A stretch of 64,000 bases of DNA, from contig OZ024740.1 in NCBI GenBank assembly GCA_964016885.1, positions 216,070,001 to 216,134,000 of the forward strand, given 5' to 3'. The first letter of the stretch is position 1. Each line of letters starts with the position of its first letter. The DNA comes from Eledone cirrhosa (lineage: Eukaryota). Position numbers and translations under genes: made by a program. Below are positions 51,481-64,000 of this stretch, in pieces. The notes below the pieces were generated by a model, which saw nothing but the letters and a program-made list of their open reading frames with translations, was not told where the DNA came from and did not search any database.

Positions 51481-53003
51481 AAACAACAGCCACAACAAAG
51501 AGAATTTCTATTTTAGGCAAACATTCAGAGTCAGCCAAAAATGGTGTGTGAGGGAAAGAGAGGGACAGAGAGGGAGAGTGAGAAAGAGAGAGAGAGAGAA
51601 GCAGCACAAACAATAACAACACAAACAACAATAAAAAATATATATATATATAAATATTACCAAAAATGGCAAGAGAGAAAGAGAGAAATAAACAAAAATA
51701 GAAAAAAATACACTAAACAACAACAATAAATATATAAATATGACCAAAATAATTTTTTTTTGTTCTTTGCTAACATTTTTCCAGGTAATTTTGTATTTTC
51801 TTTCTTCTACTTTATTTATTTATAGCTTTTTATCTTTTATTTTTAGAATCCCCTTCCCTTCTCTGTCCCACCCTACACCACCCCTTGTAGCCCAGCCACA
51901 CCCCTAACCTTGTTACTGGACAACAATGCTACTTTGATACAATGGTCTGACTATTGTTGTAGTAGTTGTTGGTACTGCACTGATAAACCACATAAACTTT
52001 ATAGTCTCTACTACAAGAACACAATCAATACTTATGGCCAGGAACTTACACAATAAACTACTAAACACTATTTTTGTTTTATTGCTGCTATTTTTTCCTT
52101 GTTGTCATCCCCCCTTCCCTTCTCCCTCGCCTTTCCCCTATCTCACCCTCTCCTTCCTTTTATATTAAGAGGTGGGATGCTAACAATAGAATTATCTGCA
52201 CATATTCTGTCAGATGTTTTTCACTTACATGGAAAAAAAAAAAGAAATATCTTCATTGAAGAGATCCTAATCATGAGAAGTCTATTAGGGAACAACTGAC
52301 TTTCAGACTTTCCGGTATTTTCCTCCAAGACCTAGCCTCTCCAATATATATCATCTCTTTACAAGACACTGTCTGATCTGATCTTTACTTTATTCTGACT
52401 TCATATACTGTCTGCTACACTATTATTATAAAGAATTCTTTACTATATATTCCACAACCACACATTCTACTTCATCTTTGCTTCTTCTGCTTCTTTTTCT
52501 TCTTCCATTGATAGTACCACAGTAACTGCTTTAACACTTTTCATACTAAAATGTCTCAAACCACTCATGGTTCTATAATGCAAAACTGTTTATTTTAAAG
52601 TGTTTATATTTATCTAAAATATTTTGGTATCATTTTATGAAAGAACCTTTGTTAAGTCCTAAATACCAACTTAATGTGAAAATTAGTTATATTACTAAAT
52701 CCCTCCAAATTCTTAATTATTTTCAAAATTATTTGAAAATCATAAGCAGAGTTTTTTTTTTATCGCAAATATGGTAATAAAATGGTTAAATCTAAACAAC
52801 CTATTGCCTTTCTGTTCACCATGGTGTATACCTAATCTCTATTTAATGTCCTGACATTATTATCACTATCACAGTATCCTCCCCTCTCTCTCTCTCTCTC
52901 TCTATCTTCCACACTAGATATGTCTTGACATAGTCTGTTGTTCTTAACACACCAATTCTACTGGTTTACAGATACCTAAGAGTCAAAAATGCAGTCTCAC
53001 ATA

Positions 53004-53148
53004 TATGAGAGTCAGCTGAAAGGTTCATAGGCTAACCAAGATATTCTCGTGAAATAGAAAGAAACAATGTAGTTATTAATAAGAAGAGTTGAAATTAATG
53101 CAAGATTTCACAGCTCTACCATAATGAACTTTTTAGCTGACCCTCATA
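53004..53148. mobile_element. Tc1/mariner-type MITE with TA ends; related left end at 48270-48385
   Basis: TA-TGAGAGTCAGCTGAAAGGTTCAT...ATGAACTTTTTAGCTGACCCTCA-TA. Confidence 0.8.
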
Positions 53149-53743
53149 GAACAGCTGAAAACAGAGAAAATAGGAGAGGACTGGTTACAAAATCAACAGT
53201 GGTGCACCAATAACCTCCCAAGTTTAAAAGATAATTATATCATTTGAGGTCGATAAAAGAAGTACTAGTCAGGTACTGGGGTCGATTCTTCCTCATTCCC
53301 ACTTCTTCTCTCACTCTCTCTCTCTCTTCCATCTCTGGAAGAAATCTGCTGTATTCAGACCGGGAGAGGAGTAGAAATATTGTATGTCAATGCAGCGCCC
53401 CTACAACATCATCAGAAGTTACAGGACCATATATATCATCATCATCACCATCACCGTTTTTTATGTCCGTGCTTCCACGCTAGCATGGGTTAGACGGGTT
53501 GTCCTGTTGTGGGCAGTGTCCGGTCGGCTGACCTTGTCTTGCTCATACGGGAACTGATTCTGGCTTGATTTCAACAACTGGATGCCCTTCCTAACACCAA
53601 CCTTTTTTTCCATATACACGCACACATATATATACATAAATACACACACACACACTTATATATATATATGGTGTAGGATGCTTAAAAGCGTCCGTATGCA
53701 GTCGGCTATTTGAGCACTCGATGCTCTTACAAAGCAGAGTATA

Positions 53744-54084
53744 ATATCACATAAGAAACGAAGAATCAGCGGTGCGACGAATTAGAATTTATTAGACATA
53801 TTAAAATTGTTTCTCTGACGACCAGCTTGAGGTACGATCGATGTGGGGATCGAACCTGACTCTGAAATCCCAAGTTCTTCAGATACGTCTTTATCCCAGA
53901 ATTTCCAAATGAAAATTCTGCTTTATCTGCTTCGAGGGATAAAGACGTATCTGAGGAACTTGCGATTTCAGAGTCAGGTTCGATGCCCCACATCGATCGT
54001 ACCTCGAGGTGGTCAAACGATTGTAATATGTCTAATAAATTCTAATTCGTCGCACCACCTATTCTCTGTTTCGTTTCTTATGTG

Positions 54085-54088
<4 letters not shown>
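53744..54088. mobile_element. about 153-bp-arm inverted repeat with 38-bp spacer, each arm carrying an HHR motif; bounded by (TA)n with a unique left extension from 53669
   Basis: Plus: GACGTAT-CTGAGGA..(C)AAAC-GATT-GT-A-ATATGTC (53944-54032). Minus: GACGTAT-CTGAAGA..GAAAC-AATT-TT-A-ATATGTC (53889-53795). Confidence 0.8.
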
Positions 54089-54120
<32 letters not shown>

Positions 54121-54338
54121 GGGGGGGGGTACACAAACAGATAGATAATTAGACAGACAGACAGATAAACAGACATAAATAAGAAGGTAGATTAAAAAGA
54201 TGGCAGGTAATATATACTACACTACTACACACACATAGGAGGGGAAATGGAGACATTGATACACAGAGATAGATGCAGAGTAAACAACACAGACAGATAT
54301 AAACAGAAGGGTAAACAATAAATAAAAATACAAAGACA

Positions 54339-54369
<31 letters not shown>

Positions 54370-54535
54370 CATATATACATTCATACATATATATATACAT
54401 ACATATATATTCATACATGCATATACATACATATACATATATATATACATATATATATACATACATACATATATACATTCATACATATATATATATATAC
54501 ATATATATATATACATACATATATACATTCATACA

Positions 54536-54567
<32 letters not shown>

Positions 54568-54598
54568 CATATATATATATACATATATACATTCATAC

Positions 54599-54629
<31 letters not shown>

Positions 54630-54685
54630 CATACATATATATATATATTCATACATACATATATATATATATCTATATAATAATA

Positions 54686-54723
<38 letters not shown>

Positions 54724-55897
54724 CAGACACACATATATATAAAGATAAAGAAGGTAGTAGATATAAAGAGACAGACAGATAGGCAGGCAGGCAGGCAGAC
54801 AGGGCTTCACAAATAAAGAATTAGTGTAATGAATGAGAGGAATATGTATGCACTGGAGAAAGTACTAAAGAAATGCATGGCAATAAAGGAGACCAATTAT
54901 TTGCAAGAGGTTTCATAAAGACGTTGTTTGTGCAATAGTCTAGCACAAAGGAGATAAATAAGTAAAGCTATGTTACAATAGATGTAGCTGCTGTAGAAAC
55001 TAACAACCTGTAAACAAACAATACAGCCTTGAGGAGACTGTAACATGATACGTGCTGGGACTAGTCTTATACCACTCATGGAATTCTGATTCAATTTTGA
55101 AGCACACGAAACATTCATTTATTTTACAAACTACCTTCTTGTTGGTGAGTTATAAAAACCTTAAAATCCCGTTTGATAAATGTTCACAGGTCTGATATTA
55201 TGGGCACATGGTTAGAGTGTCTCAGAAAAGAATAACTGGACAGATTTTACAGGCAAAACCAACAACAATATATCTTTGTAGCTTTAGATTGTCTCAGGAA
55301 AGAATAACTGGACAGATTTTACAGGCAAAACCAACAACAATATATCTTTGTAGCTTTAGATTGTCTCAGGAAAGAATAACTGAACAGATTTTACATGCAA
55401 AACCAACTGACAGGAGACCCAGAAGTAGACCCGGATCAATTGGAGACAGTTGTTTCTGACAGGACCTGCCAGAAGGAGTGTCTGAGGTGTCTGCCCCTAC
55501 AGCAAAGAAGAAAAAGATAAATGACCAAAGTCCAAGAGCTTTTGATTTTATATAGAAATACATACATTCTAGTAATATAGAATTGCTAATAGTTTTAATC
55601 CTTTTTATACCACACTGCTTATAACCATCCCTGGTTCTACTACAATACAAAATCATTTATTTTCAAGTGTTTAACATCATCGTCGTTTTAATGTCCCCTT
55701 TCCCTGGTAGCAAGGGTTGATGGGTTTATCTTCATCTAAAAACCTTCCATCATAATTTATGTGAGAACCTTTGTTATGTTATGCTCTAAATACCAGCATT
55801 ACTCATCAGCAAATTATTTATATTACTAAATCCTTCCAAATTTTTAATTGATTTGCAAAATCAATTGAAAAATATAAGCAGTGTCTTTTATTAGAAA

Positions 55898-56808
55898 CTA
55901 GCAGTGGTACCCGGTGTTGAACGGGACAAGGTATTTTGGAATGCGGGCTGCCAACAGACCTAATCGTGGAAAAACTGCATGTGTGGACAATATGTAAAAA
56001 TAATAAACTGAATACTCTGATGGCTGGATAATCTTTAAGATTTTCCTCGATGAAGCAGGAAAAATGCGAGCCCTAGGGGATCAAGAAAATGAATTTTTTT
56101 TATGTGCATATGCCTTGAAATTTCGGGAAAATCGGCTAGACGTAACGCCTCAAAAAAGCCCTAAAAAGCTGAAAAAATGAAGTTTTTCACTTAATGCGGG
56201 CCCTAGACCATAAAAAAGTTGGATTTTCTTTGCTCACGGTATGAAGAAGAGACTGACAAATACATAGTTACAATTTCAAGGAAATCAGTTTGACATAACG
56301 ACTCAAAAAACCCTAAAAACCTGAAAAAATGCAGTTTTTCAACTAATGCGGGCCATAGGGGAACAAAAAGTCGAATTTTTTTATGTGCATAACACTCCCT
56401 AATACACATGTAAAGCTTGAAAACAGTCGGTTGGGTACTTCTCGAGTTTTAGGAATTCAAACTCACAGACACACACACATACACACACACACACACACAC
56501 AGACAGACATCCTCAGGGAAGTGACATAGTGCAGACAGTCAGACATACAGACAGATATTATAAGGGCGCAACGTTATATGTATGTATCTCTCTAAAAAGA
56601 GAAAGACTAAAAATTATAGAGAGAGATCGCTAAATCACCTAATGCCACCCCTTGAGCATTGAAAATTTGAAATTATTTTTGCTCAAAACACTCCCTGAAA
56701 CATAAGTATTACATGTGTAAAGTTTGAAAACAGTCGGTTGGGTGGTTCTCGAGTTTTAGGGATTCAAACTCACACACATACAGACATCCTCAGTTTTATA
56801 TATATAGA
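55898..56808 (-). mobile_element. non-autonomous Helitron nested in a TTAA MITE
   Basis: Minus strand A|TCTATATATATAAAAC...CCCG-ttcaacac-CGGG-taccactg-CTAG|T. Removing it restores TTAGAAATATAGCAA, matching the MITE copy at about 41861. Internal tandem duplications and (CA)/(CAGA) tracts. Confidence 0.88.
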
Positions 56809-57342
56809 TATAGCAATGAAAGGGTTATGTTAATTTAAGCACCCACTGAATAAATGTTTATTATGTATAACATAGGGCTAGGGAGACAAAATCATATGTG
56901 AGCTTCAAACCTAACTCACCATTTTTGTTATAATTACAAATATAAAAAAATACATCATCATCACCGTTTTACGTCCATTCTTCCACGCTAGCAAGGGTTA
57001 GATGGGTTGCCCTGTTGTGGGCAGTGCCAGGTCAGGTGACCATGTCTTGCTCAATGGGGAACTGATTTTGGCTCGATTTCTACAGTTAGATGCCCTTCCT
57101 AACACCAACCTCATTTACAGTGAGTACTGGGTGTTTTTTTACCGTGGTGCCTACACATCATATAAAATATATCGAATTGACTCTTATTTAGAGGTTTTAT
57201 AGAATTTTGCTTTATAAACTTGGTTTCATTTAGAGAAATACAAATTTCATTAAAAGTGCAATATAAACAAACAAATTATTCTTTCAGATAATGAAATACA
57301 TACAAATAGATGTGTATAAGCATGTTTGTGTGTGTGTATTTA

Positions 57343-58185
57343 TATCATCATCATTTTACGTCCGCTTTTCCCTGCTTGCAAGAGTCGGATGGGTCCTATT
57401 CAGCACAGCATCTCTCCACTTGTCACGGTCCGTCGTCATCTCCTCTGTGAGTTTCAGCGATCTGAGGTCTGCTCTCACCACCTCCACCCATGTTTTACGT
57501 GGTCTACCTCTACTGCGTCTTCCTTCTACTGGGATTTCTTGGCACTTCTTTACCCAGCGGTCATCCTCCATGCGCATCACATGTCCATACCATCTCAGCC
57601 TTCTCTCCTGCACACCACAACTTATGCCTCTTATACCCAGTTTCTTTCTCAACTCGTCTATGCTTGGTCGTTCACGCACATTGACATTGCACATCCAACG
57701 GAGCATACTTGCTTCATTTCTCTTCAGCCGTTGCATATCCTCTGCAGTTGCTGCCCATGCCTCACTACCATGCAACATATAACCGTCCTTTCGTATGCAG
57801 GGAGAAACCCTTCTTTGTCAACAAAGGAAGCAGCTCCCTAAACTTCTTCCAACCCGTCCTTATTCTAGATAATATGGCCTGGGAACACCCCACTCCCATG
57901 CTAATCTGATCACCTATGTACCGGAAGCTATCAACCACTTCTATAGAACCCACCTGCATTTGGAAAATGTGTCTATCACTGCAATTAATACTGCCAACTT
58001 TCCCTGTATATCTACTGGATACGTAGTTTTCCCTACCTGTTAGTTTGCCTGCTATCCCAATACATCTCTTGTGTACCCAAGATCTGCATTGTGTACATTT
58101 TATGGAATTTATGCCAGTTCCTTTCCTACATATCGAACATGGCCATTTCCCTGATGGAATCGGAGTATTGTCCTCTCTTCTTTAC
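57343..58185 (-). mobile_element. RTE-clade LINE, 5'-truncated 3' end (RT C-terminus, one frameshift near 57775)
   Basis: IEVVDSFRYIGD..RIRTGWKKFRELLPLL..KGRLY / MLHGSEAWA..MLRWMC..RRLRWYGHVMR..GRRSRGRPRKTW..DRDKWR; upstream WPCSICRKG..CTQCRSWVHKRC cysteine cluster; (ATG)n tail. Confidence 0.95.
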
Positions 58186-58286
58186 ACAGAAGTCATTTCT
58201 ATAATAAAATAAAGATACCTATACTCTACTAACGTATTGAGTACTCTTTTAACTGTGGTCACCTCAGGAATCCACCTATTTTATAT

Positions 58287-58635
58287 CTGGATGCCATATA
58301 AAAATGGGCTGAGGACAACAACATGTAGTTTAATGCTGAAAAAGTTCAAGCCCTACAATACTAACCTGCTAACACAAACACAGTACAACACAGCTACACT
58401 GGACCAGGAGGTATCGAAATCCTCATGTTGAAATGGACACAAGACCTGGAGATAGACATGAGCGACGATGCACCTTTTTCTTCACACATCATGAGGGTGG
58501 CAACAATGTGCAGATGACTCGTTGACTGGATCTTGAGGACTTTCCGGACAAGAGACAGAGAGACCACGTTGACACTATGGAGGACATGTCCTAAGCCGAC
58601 TGGACTACTGTTCCCAACTGTGGTCACCCCATAGT
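58287..58635 (+). pseudogene. CR1-group LINE RT fragment
   Basis: LDAI*KWAEDNNM*FNAEKF...DLEIDMSDDAPFSSHI...WILRTFRTRDRETTLTLWRT / VLSRLDYCSQLWSPH. Confidence 0.9.
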
Positions 58636-58842
58636 ATCAAACTAACCACGGAGCTACCATAAACGTGGTTCTGTCTTTGCGCGTAATTGTTTTTCACCGC
58701 TCCTATTAATGACGTATTATTTGTTTCTTTCCCGTTCTTTGCCAGCGAACGTTTCCACGAACCAAAGTACCGTCTTCCTGTCTTCCTCCGGTTGCAACGT
58801 TTTTTGAAATATCCAGTTCTGCGTTTACAGATTGACTTTGTT

Positions 58843-58893
58843 AGTTTCAGAAGATCCCGTTAAGGGTGAAAGCAGCGATTCTTTGCTTAAACT
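58843..58893 (+). ncRNA. HHR-like motif with U4>A core change; identical copy at 61680-61730
   Basis: AGTTT-CAGAAGA-TCCC-gttaa-GGGT-GAAAGC...GCT-T-AAACT. Confidence 0.45.
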
Positions 58894-59041
58894 TTAATCT
58901 GTTATTTTAATAAATATATAATATATATATATAAAGCGGACGTAATATATATATATATAATATATATATATAAAGCGGACATAATATATATATATATAAA
59001 GCGGACGTAAAATGATGATGATGATGATGATGATATAATAT

Positions 59042-59084
<43 letters not shown>

Positions 59085-59183
59085 TAATATATATATATAT
59101 ATATATAATATATATAATATATATATATATATAATATATATAATATATATATATATATAATATATATAATATATATATAATAT

Positions 59184-59215
<32 letters not shown>

Positions 59216-59223
59216 ATATATAT

Positions 59224-59255
<32 letters not shown>

Positions 59256-59344
59256 GTAGGAGGTGAGTTTTATTGTAGTACAATAAAGCAATGCAGATAT
59301 CGGATAAGAAGCACTCTACAGTTTGTAGGACTGGAGTATACATA

Positions 59345-59683
59345 ATATATAAGATCAAAAGATGGTTAAAGGAGTTCCATGTATTTTATTATGCGCATTT
59401 CAAAAACAAACATCATCATGCAATAATATTTGTGTTTTCATCAGATAAAACAGGAGAACATGATATGAAGGCTAAAAAACACTTGTGGATAGTGCAGTTT
59501 TAAATCAACATATCATATGTTGATTTAAAACTGCACTATCCACAAGTGTTTTTTAGCCTTCATATCATGTTCTCCTGTTTTATCTGATGAAAACACAAAT
59601 ATTATTGCATGATGATGTTTGTTTTTGAAATGCGCATAATAAAATACATGGAACTCCTTTAACCATCTTTTGATCTTATATAT
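59345..59683. mobile_element. perfect 169-bp-arm palindrome (centre 59514) with about 88-bp unique left extension, in (TA)n
   Basis: Arms are exact reverse complements by eye, with a 1-nt spacer. Confidence 0.93.
59576..59646 (+). ncRNA. type I hammerhead ribozyme with intact core (mirror copy on minus strand 59382-59452)
   Basis: TGTTTTAT-CTGATGA-[36-nt stem II]-GAAAT-GCGC-AT-A-ATAAAATA; 8-bp stem I (one GU pair), palindromic stem III ATGCGCAT, predicted cleavage after A59638. Confidence 0.8.
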
Positions 59684-59764
59684 AATATATATATATATAT
59701 TATATATATATATATAATTATATATTATATATTATATATATATATATATATTATATATATATAT

Positions 59765-59810
<46 letters not shown>

Positions 59811-59863
59811 ATATAATTATATATTATATATTATATATATATATATATATTATATATATATAT

Positions 59864-59964
<101 letters not shown>

Positions 59965-60016
59965 ATTATATATTATATATTATATATATATATATATTAT
60001 ATATATATATTATATA

Positions 60017-60110
<94 letters not shown>

Positions 60111-60134
60111 ATTATATATTATATATATATATAT

Positions 60135-60166
<32 letters not shown>

Positions 60167-60338
60167 ATATATTATATATATATATATTATTTATATATTA
60201 TATATATATATATTATATATATATAATATATATATAATATATATATATAATATATATACATATAATATATATATATATATAATATATATATATATAATAT
60301 ATATATATATATATAATATATATATATATAATATATAT

Positions 60339-60372
<34 letters not shown>

Positions 60373-60453
60373 ATATATAATATATATAATATATAATATA
60401 TATATATATAATATATATAATATATATATAATATATATATAATATATATATAT

Positions 60454-60486
<33 letters not shown>

Positions 60487-60628
60487 ATATATATATATAT
60501 AATATATATAATATATATATAATATATATAATATATATATATAATATATATATATATATATAATATATATATATATAGTTTTAATATAGATGAGATTCTA
60601 CAGGACTAGAACTGTTTCATTCTTTAGA

Positions 60629-60828
60629 NNNNNNNNNNNNNNNNNNNNNNNNNNNNNNNNNNNNNNNNNNNNNNNNNNNNNNNNNNNNNNNNNNNNNNNN
60701 NNNNNNNNNNNNNNNNNNNNNNNNNNNNNNNNNNNNNNNNNNNNNNNNNNNNNNNNNNNNNNNNNNNNNNNNNNNNNNNNNNNNNNNNNNNNNNNNNNNN
60801 NNNNNNNNNNNNNNNNNNNNNNNNNNNN
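60629..60828. other. assembly gap (200 N)
   Basis: Run of N. Confidence 1.
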
Positions 60829-60871
<43 letters not shown>

Positions 60872-60874
60872 ATA

Positions 60875-60912
<38 letters not shown>

Positions 60913-60945
60913 TATATTATATATATATATATATTATATATATAT

Positions 60946-61073
<128 letters not shown>

Positions 61074-61097
61074 AATATATATATATATTTATATATT

Positions 61098-61129
<32 letters not shown>

Positions 61130-61224
61130 ATATATATATATATAATATATATAATATATATATAATATATATAATATATATATATAATATATATATAATA
61201 TATATATATATAGTTTTAATATAG

Positions 61225-61275
61225 ATGAGATTCTACAGGACTAGAACTGTTTCATTCTTTAGAAATCATCAGGAA

Positions 61276-61281
<6 letters not shown>
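61225..61281 (-). ncRNA. compact type I hammerhead ribozyme isolated in (TA)n
   Basis: Minus strand ATGAGATTC-CTGATGA-TTTCtaaaGAAT-GAA-ACAG-ttctagtc-CTGT-A-GAATCTCAT; 9/9-bp stem I, 4-bp stem III, GUA cleavage triplet; U-U at the base of stem II. Confidence 0.85.
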
Positions 61282-61350
<69 letters not shown>

Positions 61351-61420
61351 TATAATATATATATATATAACATATATATATTATATATATATAAATAATA
61401 TATATATATTATATATATAG

Positions 61421-61585
61421 TAATAATTGTTTCTACTTTTGGCACAAGGCCAGAAATTACCCAGTTCATGACTGGTACTTCATTTTATCGACCCCGTAAG
61501 GATGAAAGGCAAAGTTAACCTCGGCGGGATTTGAACTCAGAATGGAAAGGGCCGTAATTCTATGTGTCAAAGCATGGCGTCCGAG
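61421..61585 (-). mobile_element. tRNA-headed SINE lacking its first about 30 bp
   Basis: Family motifs; B-box GAGTTCAAATCC on the minus strand. Confidence 0.85.
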
Positions 61586-61750
61586 TAATAATAATAAATT
61601 TGAAGACTAAAATCCAAAGAGGGCCCGATAAGGATAAATATATATCAAATATATAAGAACCATAGAGCAAATATTTGTTAGTTTCAGAAGATCCCGTTAA
61701 GGGTGAAAGCAGCGATTCTTTGCTTAAACTTTAATCTGTTATTTTAATAA

Positions 61751-61828
<78 letters not shown>

Positions 61829-61990
61829 TATATAATATATATATATAATATATATATATAATATATATATATAATATATATATATAATATATATATATAA
61901 TATATATATATAATATATATATATAATATATATATATAATATATATATATAATATATATATATAATATATATATATAATATATATATATA

Positions 61991-62041
<51 letters not shown>

Positions 62042-62043
62042 AT

Positions 62044-62092
<49 letters not shown>

Positions 62093-62146
62093 TATATAAT
62101 ATATATATATAATATATATATATATATAATATATATATATATATAT

Positions 62147-62276
<130 letters not shown>

Positions 62277-62293
62277 ATATATATATAATATAT

Positions 62294-62370
<77 letters not shown>

Positions 62371-64000
62371 ATATATATATATATATATGATGATGATGAT
62401 GATGATGATATTATATATATATATATATAAATTGAACAATGAAAACAAATGGCAAAGATTGGTGCTTAATCAGTTTATACTAACAATGTTGATGGCTCCA
62501 CCATAAACAAGTAGATACCAGTATATATATATATGTATACACACACACAACATCATCATAAGTTGCTATATTCCCACACTAATCATTAAAGATCAGGATG
62601 GAAGTATTTATATCACACAATATACTTGTCTGACTAGCCATCTCTGTTGGTATATTTAATTAGGGATAAATGATTTAGCTTAATTATTGATATAAACAAA
62701 TAAGAGAAATACTGTATAGCTTTGAAATTTCAAAGTTACTGTCAATTTTTTTTTACATTCTAGCCACATGTATTGAGTGCTCATTCAGTTCCAATGTTTT
62801 AAGTACTATGCATCTGTACACACACACACACATATATATATATATTATCATCATTTAACGTCTATCTTCCATGCTAGCATGAGTTAGATGGGTTTGTCCC
62901 ATTTAGTGGCAATTTGGGTCGGGTGACTGTGTCTCACTCATACAGGACTGTTTCTGGCTGGTTTTCTATGGCTGCATGCTCTTCCTAGCGCCAACCACAT
63001 TTACAGAGCGTGCTGGGTGCTTTTTGCCATGTCCTTTACATGACCACTTTACAGTGTGGGCGGGGTACTTTTTGTCATGACACCTTATATATATATATAG
63101 ATATATAAGGTGTCCCCCACCCCCCACCCCACTTTCAAGCATGAAACTAATATTAACATTTTGTACAGCCTCTTCGCTTCCACGTTGTTTTTGATTTTTG
63201 TTTACTGTCTCAACTATAATATATATATATACATATATACGGAAAATGATTTTAAAAAAAAAAGGTTTGAAAAGCGCACCTAGTAAAAAGGATCTTTATA
63301 ACATTTATAAAAGAATTGATGTTAGCAAAGCCTGCTTCCTCCGTTTTGAATCTTTAAAACATTTGTTATTAGGTTAAATTGTTTTTTTCGTTAAAACGTC
63401 TGCATGCTGATTTTTTACCACATATATGCTGATGGGCTTGAACGTTCAATTCCACACAGTGACTCATCAGTTTCATTTGTGAATGAGATACTCAATATAC
63501 GCTCTACATATGTATTGAGTTCTCTCTTTTCTAGAGATAGCCAACTCTGGTATCATATATATCATCATCATCACTGTTTAACATCCATTTTTCCATGCTA
63601 GTATTGGTTCAATGAGTTGTCCTGTTGGAAGGCAAGCCAGATCAGAATTCCATATCTTGCTCGTACAGAACTGATTTTGGCTTGGTTTCTGTGGCTAGAT
63701 GCCCTTCCTAATGCCAACCACATTTACAGTGTGGACTGGGTATATATATATATATATACACACACATGTACATAGTGTGTGTGAATGCAGTAAAGAAGTT
63801 CATCTCGCAAGGACGTGGTTTAAGGTGTGATAATACTTAGCAGAACCTTGTCTTTTATTGTAGCCTGAAGTTAACCAATGCGTACTGGATTAGGAGAGAG
63901 GGAGAATTTGATTAATAGAAACTATGTGGAAGCCCATATTATATATATTTATATCTGTAACCATGTCTAAGTTTATGTTGTGTCTCTTTGCATCACATAA

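Noticed and set aside
52200-52345. Possible RT remnant (ERLGLGGKYRKV) on the minus strand
   Set aside because: Too short and degenerate to assign.
54897-55020. Possible minus-strand exon after tgtttgtttacag
   Set aside because: All frames hit stops, with no clear donor or homology.
63430-63480. Minus-strand CTGATGA..GAACGTTC as another hammerhead
   Set aside because: GAAA box and stem II pairing are not convincing.

Overview
Repeat-dominated, AT-rich animal genomic DNA. The SINE families and extreme microsatellite load suggest an octopod cephalopod; this is an inference. I found no intact protein-coding gene, and nearly all listed ORFs are microsatellite read-throughs. Bases 2131-29434 are a single satellite array of about 635 copies of a 43-bp monomer that stays in exact phase, with regional variant domains and higher-order duplications (32 and 77 monomers). 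The remainder is a mosaic of tRNA-headed SINEs, RTE-tailed SINEs, LINE remnants (RTE, CR1, probable R4/Dong, Penelope-like), two non-autonomous Helitrons, MITEs, mini/microsatellites and a 200-N gap. The most striking signal is a dense set of type I hammerhead-ribozyme (HHR) motifs. Three lie in long palindromes next to (TA)n (42984-43402, 53744-54088, 59345-59683), one is a bare compact ribozyme inside (TA)n (61225-61281), one lies 3' of a Penelope-like RT/GIY-YIG remnant (about 45800), and several are decayed copies. All folds and alignments were read by eye and need computational or experimental confirmation.
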